Assembly: GCA_036154155.1 (NCBI GenBank)
Contig: JAYZLP010000002.1
Span: 1 to 61,061, forward strand
Length of the DNA: 61,061 bases
Source: Thermoplasmatota archaeon
GTDB lineage: Archaea > Thermoplasmatota > Poseidoniia > Poseidoniales > Thalassarchaeaceae
Direction: 5' to 3'
Part shown: positions 18,250 to 27,126 of the stretch, piece after piece
Position numbering within the stretch: position 1 is the first letter of the stretch
Layout of the letters: every line of letters begins with the position of its first letter
Notes under the pieces: generated by a model
What the model saw: only the letters and a program-made list of their open reading frames with translations
Told to the model about the DNA's origin: nothing
Databases searched by the model: none
Translations under genes and position numbers: made by a program

Positions 18250-18828
18250 TTACCTTAGTTCAGAGAAGGCTTCGTCTAGGGCTTCCAAGTCCGATGGCAG
18301 ATCGACGTTAAGGTGGAGGAAGGAATCTGAAACTTCCATCCTTGAAGGCTCAATCAGCCCCTTCAATGGTACAGAAGGAACGGACTCTAGAACTCTAATC
18401 GCATCCTCTCCCGAGAGAAGCAAGGGGTGCCCACCCCTCCCGTCCATCGATGGGCATGCAGTAATTTTCGAGGAAAGAAGGGAGGACAATGTAGAGTCGG
18501 AGAAACCAGGCCTATCCACAGGAACAATCAGAAATCTCCTCTCTGGGTCCAGTCCTATCCTTTTGATCCCCATCTGGACTGTACCAGTCCTTCCCAAATC
18601 CGGTTCCGGATTGCAAACCACATCGCAGTCAACTGACTCTAGGACATCTTCGAAGAGACTTTCATTAGTCACAACTACTGGATTTAGTCCATGCTTCCTC
18701 AGTCTACTAACAACCCAGCCTACTAGGTTATACTCTCCTAAATCGACTAAGGCCTTGGGTTGTCCAAGCCTCTTACTGGAACCGGCTGCCAATACCACGC
18801 ATCCGACTTCTGTCTCCATGAAGCTCAC
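18250..18828 (-). CDS. MobA/MocA-like nucleotidyltransferase (probable molybdenum cofactor cytidylyltransferase)
   Basis: VVLAAGSSKRLGQPKALVDL is the NTP_transf_3 N-terminal motif. The gene lies in the Mo-hydroxylase/XdhC neighbourhood. Start is GTG 18828 (GTGA overlap) or ATG 18819. Confidence 0.7.
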   Translation of the reverse strand: MSFMETEVGCVVLAAGSSKRLGQPKALVDLGEYNLVGWVVSRLRKHGLNPVVVTNESLFEDVLESVDCDVVCNPEPDLGRTGTVQMGIKRIGLDPERRFLIVPVDRPGFSDSTLSSLLSSKITACPSMDGRGGHPLLLSGEDAIRVLESVPSVPLKGLIEPSRMEVSDSFLHLNVDLPSDLEALDEAFSELR

Positions 18829-19970
18829 GAGCCTCGCAGCATCTCTCTGCCGATAATCAGCCTCTGAATCTGGCTCGACCCTTCGAAAATCTGAACCACC
18901 TTTGCCCCGCGCATCCTCCTCGCTACTGGGTATTCCTCAGAGTAACCATATCCTCCGAATACCTGCACAGCATCAGTTGTTACTTCCATAGCTATGTCAG
19001 CTGCAAATCTTTTGGCATGCGCTGCCTCAAGTGTATTCCTTTCTCCGGAGTCGGACTTGATAGCAGCTTTCCAAGTAAGCATCCTAGCGGCCTCCACCTT
19101 GGTCGCCATATCCGCTAGCATGAAGGAAATGGCCTGATGTTTGACGATAGGCTTCCCAAACGTGCTTCTATCGGTCGCGTACTGAATAGCCTCCTCCAAA
19201 GCGCCCCTCGCATTTCCGACGGCATGAGCAGAAATAGTGGGCCTTGAAAGGTCAAACGCCTTCATTGCGTTCATCCATCCTCCATTCTCTTCCCCCCCAA
19301 CTAAATTTTCAGATGGGACTCTGACATCAGTGAAAGTAACTGAACGAGTGTCAGAGCACCTCTGCCCCATGTTGTCCTCCTTCTTTCCTAGCTCCACTCC
19401 TTCTGAGCTTGCATCAACAATGAAACCGCTCATTCCTTGATATCCAGCTGTCTTGTCGGTGTAAGCCAGAACGAAAAACCAGTCTGCATAACCAGCCCCA
19501 GTTATCCACATCTTGCTACCATTCAGGATGTAGTCATCCCCATCCTTTACTGCCTCCGTCTGAATTGATTGTACATCACTACCTGCCCCAGGCTCGGTTA
19601 CGCAATAAGATGCGATGCACCCCTCTGATACCTTGGTCAGATAACGCTCCTTCTGATCCTCAGTCCCGCCAGTTAGTATCGGGTATGAAGCTAGCATGGT
19701 ACTTCCACACGCAGTAGCGAAACCAGGGTCGCCAGCACCGAATTCCTCACAGACGAGGACTTCTTCGAAAGAACCCATGCCGCCCCCTCCGTACTTTTCA
19801 GGGATCTTCAAGGTCAGTAAGCCGTTATCACTGGCCTTTCGAATTGCTTCCCTGGGAAACTCACTATCCCTGTCCCATCTACCTGCATGAGGCTTTATTT
19901 CTTCATTGGCGAAGTCTCTAGCTAGCTCCTGAAGCATTAGCTGCTCCTCGCTCAATGCAAAGTCGACCAT
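18825..19970 (-). CDS. Acyl-CoA dehydrogenase
   Basis: Full-length ACAD: CVTEPGAGSD, KMWITGAG, QVFGGYGYSEEYPVARRMRGAKVVQIFEGSSQIQR. Confidence 0.92.
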   Translation of the reverse strand: MVDFALSEEQLMLQELARDFANEEIKPHAGRWDRDSEFPREAIRKASDNGLLTLKIPEKYGGGGMGSFEEVLVCEEFGAGDPGFATACGSTMLASYPILTGGTEDQKERYLTKVSEGCIASYCVTEPGAGSDVQSIQTEAVKDGDDYILNGSKMWITGAGYADWFFVLAYTDKTAGYQGMSGFIVDASSEGVELGKKEDNMGQRCSDTRSVTFTDVRVPSENLVGGEENGGWMNAMKAFDLSRPTISAHAVGNARGALEEAIQYATDRSTFGKPIVKHQAISFMLADMATKVEAARMLTWKAAIKSDSGERNTLEAAHAKRFAADIAMEVTTDAVQVFGGYGYSEEYPVARRMRGAKVVQIFEGSSQIQRLIIGREMLRGS

Positions 19971-19993
19971 GCTCTCAGGAGCGGGTACAGGGA

Positions 19994-20935
19994 TTAGAGT
20001 ATTATGGACATGTAAACGAGATATCCAATAACCATTGAGACCCCTGTAATCTTCCCTATTTCGCGGTCATCCAGTAGCATCGCGGCGACTAGGCCCGACG
20101 TAACTAGGACTACCCAAATGTCCCTGTCTGCGAAGTTTGGGGAAATCAAGATCCCGCCACCAATTGCCGCTGTGGCTCCGAGGATTCCCAGGATGTTCAT
20201 CATATTCGATCCAAGAATGTTGCCAACAGCAACTCCTCCCTGCCCCCTTAGGCCAGCTACTAGAGTCACCGCAAGCTCAGGTAATGAAGTACCCAAAGCC
20301 ACGACGGATAGGCCTATGACGGCCTCAGAAATCCCGAGATCGGTCGCTATCCCCGTAGCCCCTCCGACTAGGAACTCCGCCCCTTTCCAGATCAAAGCCC
20401 CTCCAATGATGGTGACTATCATCGCAATCACAATATTGTCGGGAACCCATGATTCATCAAATTGATTTTCAATTTCTTCTTTGGAATTAACATATGAGTA
20501 TGAATAGTAACCAGCAAGAAGCGCTAGCATCAGTATTCCGAAGAACCAAGTTATCTCCCCAAAGATGACCAGTGCTAGCAGAATGAGGGTAGCAAGAATC
20601 ATCGCCACAGCGTCCCTTCTAACCCCCTCTCCCGGGTCGGAAGCGGCACCTAGGATCGATGCCGTACCAAGTACAAGCATTACATTAGCAACATTGGAAC
20701 CCAATACTCCCCCGACTGCAATATCTGGCTGACCTCCTGCTACTGCTTCCAGTGATACAGCCAACTCCGGCAAAGACGTACCTATTGCCACTATGGTGAA
20801 ACCAATTAGAAGGGGCGGGACCCTCATCTTCTTCGCTATGGCCACTGCTCCCTGGACGACGACTTCGCCCCCTCCCAGAAGGAGTACGAACCCCCCAATC
20901 ACCAAAAGCCAGTCAGATGACATGGAAGCATCCAT
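19994..20935 (-). CDS. Ca2+/cation antiporter (CaCA / YrbG family)
   Basis: Two alpha-repeat motifs (GTSLPELAVS and GTSLPELAVT) and about 10 TM helices. An internal ATG (20935 or 20923) was chosen to avoid overlapping the upstream gene. Confidence 0.85.
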   Translation of the reverse strand: MDASMSSDWLLVIGGFVLLLGGGEVVVQGAVAIAKKMRVPPLLIGFTIVAIGTSLPELAVSLEAVAGGQPDIAVGGVLGSNVANVMLVLGTASILGAASDPGEGVRRDAVAMILATLILLALVIFGEITWFFGILMLALLAGYYSYSYVNSKEEIENQFDESWVPDNIVIAMIVTIIGGALIWKGAEFLVGGATGIATDLGISEAVIGLSVVALGTSLPELAVTLVAGLRGQGGVAVGNILGSNMMNILGILGATAAIGGGILISPNFADRDIWVVLVTSGLVAAMLLDDREIGKITGVSMVIGYLVYMSIIL

Positions 20936-20985
20936 GCAACTACGAAAGGAGACGGACTCATGACGGTTTCCATGAGCACTACAAA

Positions 20986-23856
20986 CTATCCACAAGACCT
21001 GATTACGTGCCTCAGTACTAGGTCAGAAGTCGGAATTGTGTGATCTTCCAATGTTGGGGAGAAAGGCACGGGGGTGTCCAATGCGCCAATCACTGTAGGT
21101 GGACTTTCAAGACTCCAAAATGCCTGTTCTAGAATCCTGCTGCTAATCGTATGGCCCAATCCACCGGTCCATTGGGCCTCTTGGAGGATTACCAGCCTAC
21201 CCGTTCTGAGCGTGGAGTCGACGCAAGTTTCAACGTCAAATGGCTGAAGGGTCCTCAGATCAACAACCTCGACTTCAACTCCTTTCTCAGAGGCTCTTTC
21301 TGCAGCATCAAGAGCAATGTGTACCATGGCTCCCCATGTTACAATTGTGATATCCTTGCCCCCTCTGACAACCTTCGCCTTCCCGATAGATGTTTCACCT
21401 GCTTCCAATCTACGATGAACAGAATCAGTGTCAACAATTTGGTTTATCGAATCGCCCCATCCCGTCATGCCCCCTCTGAGCCCGTATAGTCCAATATGCT
21501 CCAGGAATACGACTGGGTCAGGCAGTGCGTGCCCTTCGATTAGTAGATCATACGCATCTTGTGGGTTGCTCGGGAAAGCGATAACAAGGCCCGGGTCATT
21601 GACGAACCAAGATTCAATCATGTTCGCATGGAAGGGACCGCTCCTAGTTTTCGCACCCAATGGTATCCTTACTGTCATCGGAACATCCGCCCCCCACCTC
21701 CACCTCAGTTGTGCGGCATTGTTAATCAGTGGATTCATGGCCAGAGCCGCAAAACCCCCGAATTGTATCTCTGCCATGGGCTTCATTCCACCTAGGGCCG
21801 CCCCAGTAGCTGAATTGATGATTATCGACTCAGAAAGGGGCATGTCGAGTAATTTCGACTGATGCCCCTTGGTCCTCAGAGGAATGTTCATTCCGAATGC
21901 ACCAGCAACCTCCATGTCCTCACCCATGAATACGATCTGTTCACCGTATTTTTCAGCCAGAGAAACCATAGCGTTCTGGATGGACCTGCTAAACGTCCAA
22001 GAATTGGGCGCATCAGAAAATTGCATTGAAATTTCGCCAGGGGCAAGCTCACTCTCTCCAGCCCGCCTTTCCGAGCTCATCGTGTCAAACTGCTGTGCAT
22101 GACTCCTTGCGTTGTAAATTGAAGTAACTCCCTCGCCCACGCTGTTCCCCTCTGGCCATGGCATCTCCTCCATCGCCACCCTTGAATCATCGACGAATTC
22201 CCTTTCCTCTGATTCCATGGCTTGCAATTCCTTCTCACTAGCCCCTAGCCCGATTAACAGGTTTCTGTGATTCGGAAGAGGATCTTTATCGGACCAGTAA
22301 GACATCAAATCTCGATCAACATAACCAGGAGGGGTGCCTGAAATTGAACCTAGGTAAAGGTCATCATGGTGGTGGGCATGTCCACAACCACGCATAGTTT
22401 CAACGTGAATAAGGGTGGCCCCTCCCCCTGATATCGCAATCTCCCTAGCGACGCAAACTGAAGAATAGAATTGAGAGGGATCAGACCCATCTATGGTCCA
22501 CGAGGGTATGCCCATAGCGTATCCCTTGTCTCCAAATGTCTCTGCACCAGATTGCCCAACAACAAACGTATCGAGGGCAATTTGGTTATTCTGAATCATG
22601 TAGCATATTGGCAACCCCCTGGTTCCAGCCAGATTCATCGCCTCCCAGAATTCCCCGCTACTACTACAGCCCTCTCCCACCGGGGCCAAATGGAACCTAT
22701 CGAGCCCCATCCTGAGGGATGCTAGAGCTACACCCGTGGCAGTGGCACTAGCAATCGGCAGGGGAGCAGTTGGAGGAAGTATGCCCTTTTCCCAATTCCC
22801 AATGTGTAAATCTCTCCCGCCCGCGCCTTCATTGCCACCATCCATGTAGGAGCCGGATTTGCCCATTTGGGCAGATAGTACCTCCAAGGGGGTCTGGCCC
22901 ATTGCCAGTGCCAATCCTACATCTCTGATCATTGGGGCTACAATATCCGAAATACCTGATCCTCCCTCTGGATTATCTATGGCTCTCTCCATTGCAGATG
23001 CGCATGCCACAATGCCCTCCTGCCACGTTGACCTGAATCCCTTGCCCCCAAATCTCCCGCCATCTGGGGTGGGAACTCCGTCCGTAAAAAGCTCCTTCAG
23101 GTGTTCATCAATAATCCTAGTCCGAGTCATCCACCTCTGCCATTGTATTCGCTGCTCTAGGCTGATCGATGATTCGTATGCAATTCTCCTAAGGCAAATC
23201 CGAATATCCAGTAGGAACCTGTCATTCCTCCTACCTATGTGACTTGCTCCGGTTCTCCGGGGTATGACCTCCGATTCACCAACCTCTGCAATTAGTGGTT
23301 CAAGGATACGCTCTGAAAGGGCCTCTCTAATCCGATTCACAAGGTCGATACAGAATTCATGGTAGGACCCACCATCAAATGATGACGGCAAGCGCGCTTC
23401 GTCCCAGCACGTGGCCACAATTTCCAGATGTCCATCGTGCCTCTCTGCAACGAATCTGAGTAATTCAGACCTAGCCCTTGTCGATTGGAGCGGGTGCACG
23501 AATTGTAATTCGGAAATGGGTGCCCAGTCCCTAGCGTGGATGACGGGGAGGTCAGTTTGTTTTGGAGTGTCTGAGACACCCTCAAACCCCTCTCGCCCCG
23601 CATCCTTGATCCGCTCGTCCCTCCTCATGCATTCTTTCTCCAACTCCTCTATGCTTACCGACAACGCCCTCTCCCATACTTCGACCCCTCTGCGCCTCCC
23701 TTTTCCTGAGCTCGACCTATCGAGGGTCACTCTCACTCTGGAACCGCATTCCATACATGTTCGGTCTAGCCTAGAGGTTCCCCCACTCCTCGTCTTCCAG
23801 ACCTGGTGTTTCGAGCAATCCGGGCATTTCCACAGTCCTCGTCTAGGGTCCTTCAT
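20986..23856 (-). CDS. Fused 2-oxoacid dehydrogenase E1 component (alpha + beta, TPP-dependent) with an N-terminal zinc-ribbon-containing extension
   Basis: Alpha part: GEGCSSSGEFWEAMNLAGTRGLPICYMIQNNQIALDT (TPP motif region). Beta part: FMGEDMEVAGAFGMN...EIQFGGFA...TWGAMV. N-terminus: CPDC...(19)...CMEC plus about 200 aa that I do not recognise. ATG 23856 was chosen; a TTG lies at 23886. Confidence 0.85.
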   Translation of the reverse strand: MKDPRRGLWKCPDCSKHQVWKTRSGGTSRLDRTCMECGSRVRVTLDRSSSGKGRRRGVEVWERALSVSIEELEKECMRRDERIKDAGREGFEGVSDTPKQTDLPVIHARDWAPISELQFVHPLQSTRARSELLRFVAERHDGHLEIVATCWDEARLPSSFDGGSYHEFCIDLVNRIREALSERILEPLIAEVGESEVIPRRTGASHIGRRNDRFLLDIRICLRRIAYESSISLEQRIQWQRWMTRTRIIDEHLKELFTDGVPTPDGGRFGGKGFRSTWQEGIVACASAMERAIDNPEGGSGISDIVAPMIRDVGLALAMGQTPLEVLSAQMGKSGSYMDGGNEGAGGRDLHIGNWEKGILPPTAPLPIASATATGVALASLRMGLDRFHLAPVGEGCSSSGEFWEAMNLAGTRGLPICYMIQNNQIALDTFVVGQSGAETFGDKGYAMGIPSWTIDGSDPSQFYSSVCVAREIAISGGGATLIHVETMRGCGHAHHHDDLYLGSISGTPPGYVDRDLMSYWSDKDPLPNHRNLLIGLGASEKELQAMESEEREFVDDSRVAMEEMPWPEGNSVGEGVTSIYNARSHAQQFDTMSSERRAGESELAPGEISMQFSDAPNSWTFSRSIQNAMVSLAEKYGEQIVFMGEDMEVAGAFGMNIPLRTKGHQSKLLDMPLSESIIINSATGAALGGMKPMAEIQFGGFAALAMNPLINNAAQLRWRWGADVPMTVRIPLGAKTRSGPFHANMIESWFVNDPGLVIAFPSNPQDAYDLLIEGHALPDPVVFLEHIGLYGLRGGMTGWGDSINQIVDTDSVHRRLEAGETSIGKAKVVRGGKDITIVTWGAMVHIALDAAERASEKGVEVEVVDLRTLQPFDVETCVDSTLRTGRLVILQEAQWTGGLGHTISSRILEQAFWSLESPPTVIGALDTPVPFSPTLEDHTIPTSDLVLRHVIRSCG

Positions 23857-23907
23857 ACATTCTCCGAGGGAAACATAGTACAACAATTATTCGATTGATT
23901 GAAGAAA

Positions 23908-24011
23908 ATTTCACCACATATTGGGAAAAATACGCCAATAAACCGATTACATGAAGATAATTATTACTTTTTACCATAAAAAAACGCTATACTGAAATAT
24001 ATTTCACCACA
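23908..24011. repeat. Two copies of the 11-mer ATTTCACCACA (23908-23918 and 24001-24011) in an AT-rich spacer
   Basis: Exact direct repeat, 93 nt start-to-start, inside the 126-nt spacer upstream of the fused E1 gene. Confidence 0.6.
23978..23984 (-). terminator. Oligo-T tract (T7 on the minus strand) downstream of the moeB-rhodanese gene
   Basis: The minus strand reads GCGTTTTTTTATGG 29 nt after the stop at 24013. Archaeal termination commonly uses oligo-T. Confidence 0.35.
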
Positions 24012-24012
24012 A

Positions 24013-25113
24013 TTAATATTTAGCAATACTGGAATCCACTGAATCAGACCACAAATGTATCCCACCTTCCAAGTTCAGTACTCTTTCATTTTCCCATCCG
24101 GCTTGGACTAGGAATCTCACGACCGCACCAGACCTGCCTCCCGTTCTGCAGTAAACAACAATGTCCCGATCGGAAGGAATTTCGGAAACTCTCTGGGGAA
24201 CTGAAGTGTGTGTAATTCTCAGGTCCGTCCCTTCCAGGGTCACTATGCCTTCTTCGATTTCAGAACGCACATCTAGTAGAAACGGCATCCAACCCTCTTT
24301 CTTCTTGGACACGAAATCAACAGGTCTAATCGAACTCACTCCCAAATTATCATCTCCGAGGCTGGTCACAGCAGCCCTCTCAGGATTGCGATTGAATGTA
24401 AGGACCCTAGTAATCATTGTCAGAGAGTCGACCGTGAGTAGCTTTCCACTGAGGGAGTCCCCAATCCCCAGTATTATCTTCAGTGCCTCTGTAGCCTGAA
24501 TGGTTCCAACTAAGCCGGGTAGAACCCCCAATACTCCTGCCTCTGCGCAGTTGGGGGCCAATTCGGGCGGCGGCGGCTCTGGAAACAGGTCCCTGTAGTT
24601 GGGCCCTCCCTCGTAATTGAATGTCGAAACTTGGCCTTCGAATCTGTGTACGCTGCCGAATACCCACGGTTTTCCAAGAATCTCGCAGGCGTCCCCAATG
24701 AGATATCTCGTCTCAAAGTTGTCAGTTCCGTCGATTATAACGTCATATTCAGAAATGATCGACAAAGCATTTCCCCCGGTCAACCGTTCCACGATTGGCA
24801 AGAAATCCCCGTCCTCATTCAATTCCTTCAGTCTCATCGATGCTGATTGTGCCTTAGGATCCCCGATGCTAGAGGAGGAGTGTATCACCTGCCTTTGGAG
24901 ATTTGAGAGGTCCACGGAGTCGTGGTCGATAATTCCAATCTTCCCTATTCCTGCTGCAGCCAAGTAAAGTAGTGCGGGGGAGCCAAGACCCCCTGCTCCA
25001 ACCACTAGGACAGAGGATTCCAGCAATCTGGCCTGGCCCTTCTCACCGACATGGGGGAGCACCAAGTGTCGTGCATATCTCCGCCGCTCCTCCTCGCTCA
25101 GCGGGTCCACCAT
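24013..25113 (-). CDS. MoeB/ThiF-family adenylyltransferase with a C-terminal rhodanese domain (MoeZ/UbaA-like E1)
   Basis: RYARHLVLPHVGEKGQARLLESSVLVVGAGGLGSP...DSVDLSNLQRQ. The C-terminal VVYCRTGGRSG is a rhodanese active-site loop. Confidence 0.85.
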   Translation of the reverse strand: MVDPLSEEERRRYARHLVLPHVGEKGQARLLESSVLVVGAGGLGSPALLYLAAAGIGKIGIIDHDSVDLSNLQRQVIHSSSSIGDPKAQSASMRLKELNEDGDFLPIVERLTGGNALSIISEYDVIIDGTDNFETRYLIGDACEILGKPWVFGSVHRFEGQVSTFNYEGGPNYRDLFPEPPPPELAPNCAEAGVLGVLPGLVGTIQATEALKIILGIGDSLSGKLLTVDSLTMITRVLTFNRNPERAAVTSLGDDNLGVSSIRPVDFVSKKKEGWMPFLLDVRSEIEEGIVTLEGTDLRITHTSVPQRVSEIPSDRDIVVYCRTGGRSGAVVRFLVQAGWENERVLNLEGGIHLWSDSVDSSIAKY

Positions 25114-25160
25114 GTGCTTGCGAATATGAACAAGGACATTTGGCCTTCGGTCCAAAAGTC

Positions 25161-26174
25161 TCAGTGCTGGTCTTCTAGCCACCTTTCAGCATCTATAGCA
25201 GCTTGACACCCCATCCCAGCCGCCGTAATGGCCTGCCTGTATCTCGTATCCACAACATCTCCAGCGGCGAAGACTCCTTCCACACTGGTCATCGTATTCG
25301 ACTTGTGCAGGATGTACCCCTCGTCATCCATCTCAACCTGATTCTCTAGATACTGGGTAATCGGCTTGTGACCAATGGCAATGAATGCCCCGCTGCACGA
25401 AATCTCCTCCTCACTTCCATCACGTGGATCTTCGAGAATGGCACCAGTAAGTCCGTTTTCATCAGAAGTCCAAGACTTCACTTGTCTGAAAGTCTTGATT
25501 TCGATCTTAGGATGGGCCTCAGCACGCTCATACATCACCTTGGAGGCTCGAAAAACATCTCTTCTGTGGATAATCGTGACCTTGCTTGCGAATCTAGTAA
25601 GGAAAGTAGCCTCTTCCATGGCCGAGTCCCCTCCCCCTACTACTATGACTTCCTCGTCCCGGAAAAACGCACCGTCGCATGTTGCACATGTGGAGATCCC
25701 CCTGCCCTTCTGAGCCTCCTCGCCCTCGGCCCCTAGCCAGATGGCCTCGGCACCTGTGCAGATGATTACGGATTCAGCCCGGAATTCCTCTCCCTCAACC
25801 CAAACTTTGTGAGGTTGGCTCGAGAAATCTACTCTTTCCACATTCTTATCATGGACTTCGAGGCCAAATCTCTCTGCTTGCTCTCTCATATGAACCATCA
25901 TCTCCGGTCCGCCTACTCCTGTCGGGTATCCGGGGAAGTTCTCTACATCAGAAGTTAGCATTAGCTGCCCCCCTGACATGTATCCAGCAAACATTAGTGG
26001 CTCCAAAAGTGCCCTAGCCGCATACAGTCCGGCAGTATAACCTGCAGGTCCTGACCCAATGATGATGACGTTGCGAACTCCCTCGGCCACGAGCCTCCCA
26101 ATGTGGGGACGTCCTTCAACTCTACCTCTGTCATTCCACCATAGAGGCAACCGCTCCAACCGCAGCTCTGGCAT
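25161..26174 (-). CDS. trxB: Thioredoxin reductase
   Basis: VIIIGSGPAGYTAGLYAAR, the redox-active CATCDG, and VVGGGDSAMEEA. The start is uncertain. ATG 26174 overlaps ribH, while GTG 26090 (VAEGVRNVIIIGSG) would give a conventional N-terminus. Confidence 0.88.
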   Translation of the reverse strand: MPELRLERLPLWWNDRGRVEGRPHIGRLVAEGVRNVIIIGSGPAGYTAGLYAARALLEPLMFAGYMSGGQLMLTSDVENFPGYPTGVGGPEMMVHMREQAERFGLEVHDKNVERVDFSSQPHKVWVEGEEFRAESVIICTGAEAIWLGAEGEEAQKGRGISTCATCDGAFFRDEEVIVVGGGDSAMEEATFLTRFASKVTIIHRRDVFRASKVMYERAEAHPKIEIKTFRQVKSWTSDENGLTGAILEDPRDGSEEEISCSGAFIAIGHKPITQYLENQVEMDDEGYILHKSNTMTSVEGVFAAGDVVDTRYRQAITAAGMGCQAAIDAERWLEDQH

Positions 26175-26526
26175 GTGGCTCCAGTCGGGGCTCAATGTGT
26201 TCCGGCTCCGCTCCAGGGCCAATAATTCCCAGTCCTATGGGCTTTCCATGCTTTATTTGCAGCTCAATTACAGCCTTGGTTACAGATTGCCCCATAACCA
26301 TTCCATGATCGGTTTCCCCCTTCTCGATTATACCAAGTACAACTGCTCCATGGATATCTTCTCGTTGTAGCAATCTGTCTAGGGCCAACGGAGCCTCCAT
26401 CGAACCAGGGACCCACACTGTTTCAGAAACCTCCCATTTCTTCGACTCGGCTTCATCTATTGCGAAGGCAAGCATCCGACTGACCTCCTCTTTGTGGAAT
26501 GATCCACAAACTACCCCCATCCTCAT
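26131..26526 (-). CDS. ribH: 6,7-dimethyl-8-ribityllumazine synthase (short archaeal form)
   Basis: VPGSMEAPLALDRLLQREDIHGAVVLGIIEKGETDHG parallels MJ0303-type lumazine synthase. ATGA overlap with ribE. Confidence 0.85.
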   Translation of the reverse strand: MRMGVVCGSFHKEEVSRMLAFAIDEAESKKWEVSETVWVPGSMEAPLALDRLLQREDIHGAVVLGIIEKGETDHGMVMGQSVTKAVIELQIKHGKPIGLGIIGPGAEPEHIEPRLEPHARAAVGAVASMVE

Positions 26527-27125
26527 CCTTCGACCTCCATTCTCCGAATAGTGTCTACAACGGCTTGGGTTCTAGAGTCAATCTCTATGTTCACCATGTC
26601 CCCCTCGCCTTTACCACCTATGGTCGTGGATCTGATGGTTTCGGGTATGATATGAAGGCTGAACGAACTATCAGTAACTTCTCCAACAGTGAGTGACATC
26701 CCGTCAACTGCAATGAATCCCTTCTCAAGGATGTAGGGTATAGCGCCACTCGGACTCTCAATCCGCAAGTCAAAACCCTCTCCCCTTTCCAATTTCTCGA
26801 TAATGCGCGCCTTGTCCATCACATGTCCAGACAAGATGTGCCCCCCCAATTCATCGCCAACCTTCAGTGACCTCTCTACGTTCACTAAATCGCCCTCGCT
26901 TAGGTTGCCAAGTGTCGTCCTTCGAAGCGTCTCCTCTATCGCATCGAAACTAATCCTGCTTCCATTAATGCCTACAACTGTCATGCAAACCCCATCCAGA
27001 GAAACGCTAGCACCAATCACAATACCCTCGTCAAAACCTTCGAGGTCAATCGTAATTTTCAGCACACCGTCGCCCTTCTCAATACTGGAAACTGGGGCAA
27101 CCCCTGCAACTATCCCCGTGTACAT
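26523..27125 (-). CDS. ribE: Riboflavin synthase, eubacterial-type two-barrel alpha chain
   Basis: MYTGIVAG..., GASVSLDGVCMTV, VNVERSLKVGDELGGHILSGHV and GFIAVDGMSLTVGEV...LHIIPETIRSTT align motif-for-motif with E. coli RibC/RibE. ATG 27125 was chosen. Confidence 0.9.
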   Translation of the reverse strand: MYTGIVAGVAPVSSIEKGDGVLKITIDLEGFDEGIVIGASVSLDGVCMTVVGINGSRISFDAIEETLRRTTLGNLSEGDLVNVERSLKVGDELGGHILSGHVMDKARIIEKLERGEGFDLRIESPSGAIPYILEKGFIAVDGMSLTVGEVTDSSFSLHIIPETIRSTTIGGKGEGDMVNIEIDSRTQAVVDTIRRMEVEG

Positions 27126-27126
27126 C

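Noticed and set aside
20936-20995. N-terminal extension of the antiporter ORF (MWIVCSAHGNRHESVSFRSC)
   Set aside because: It overlaps the 3' end of the E1 gene and adds a non-hydrophobic leader that is atypical for CaCA proteins. Internal ATGs at 20935 or 20923 were preferred.
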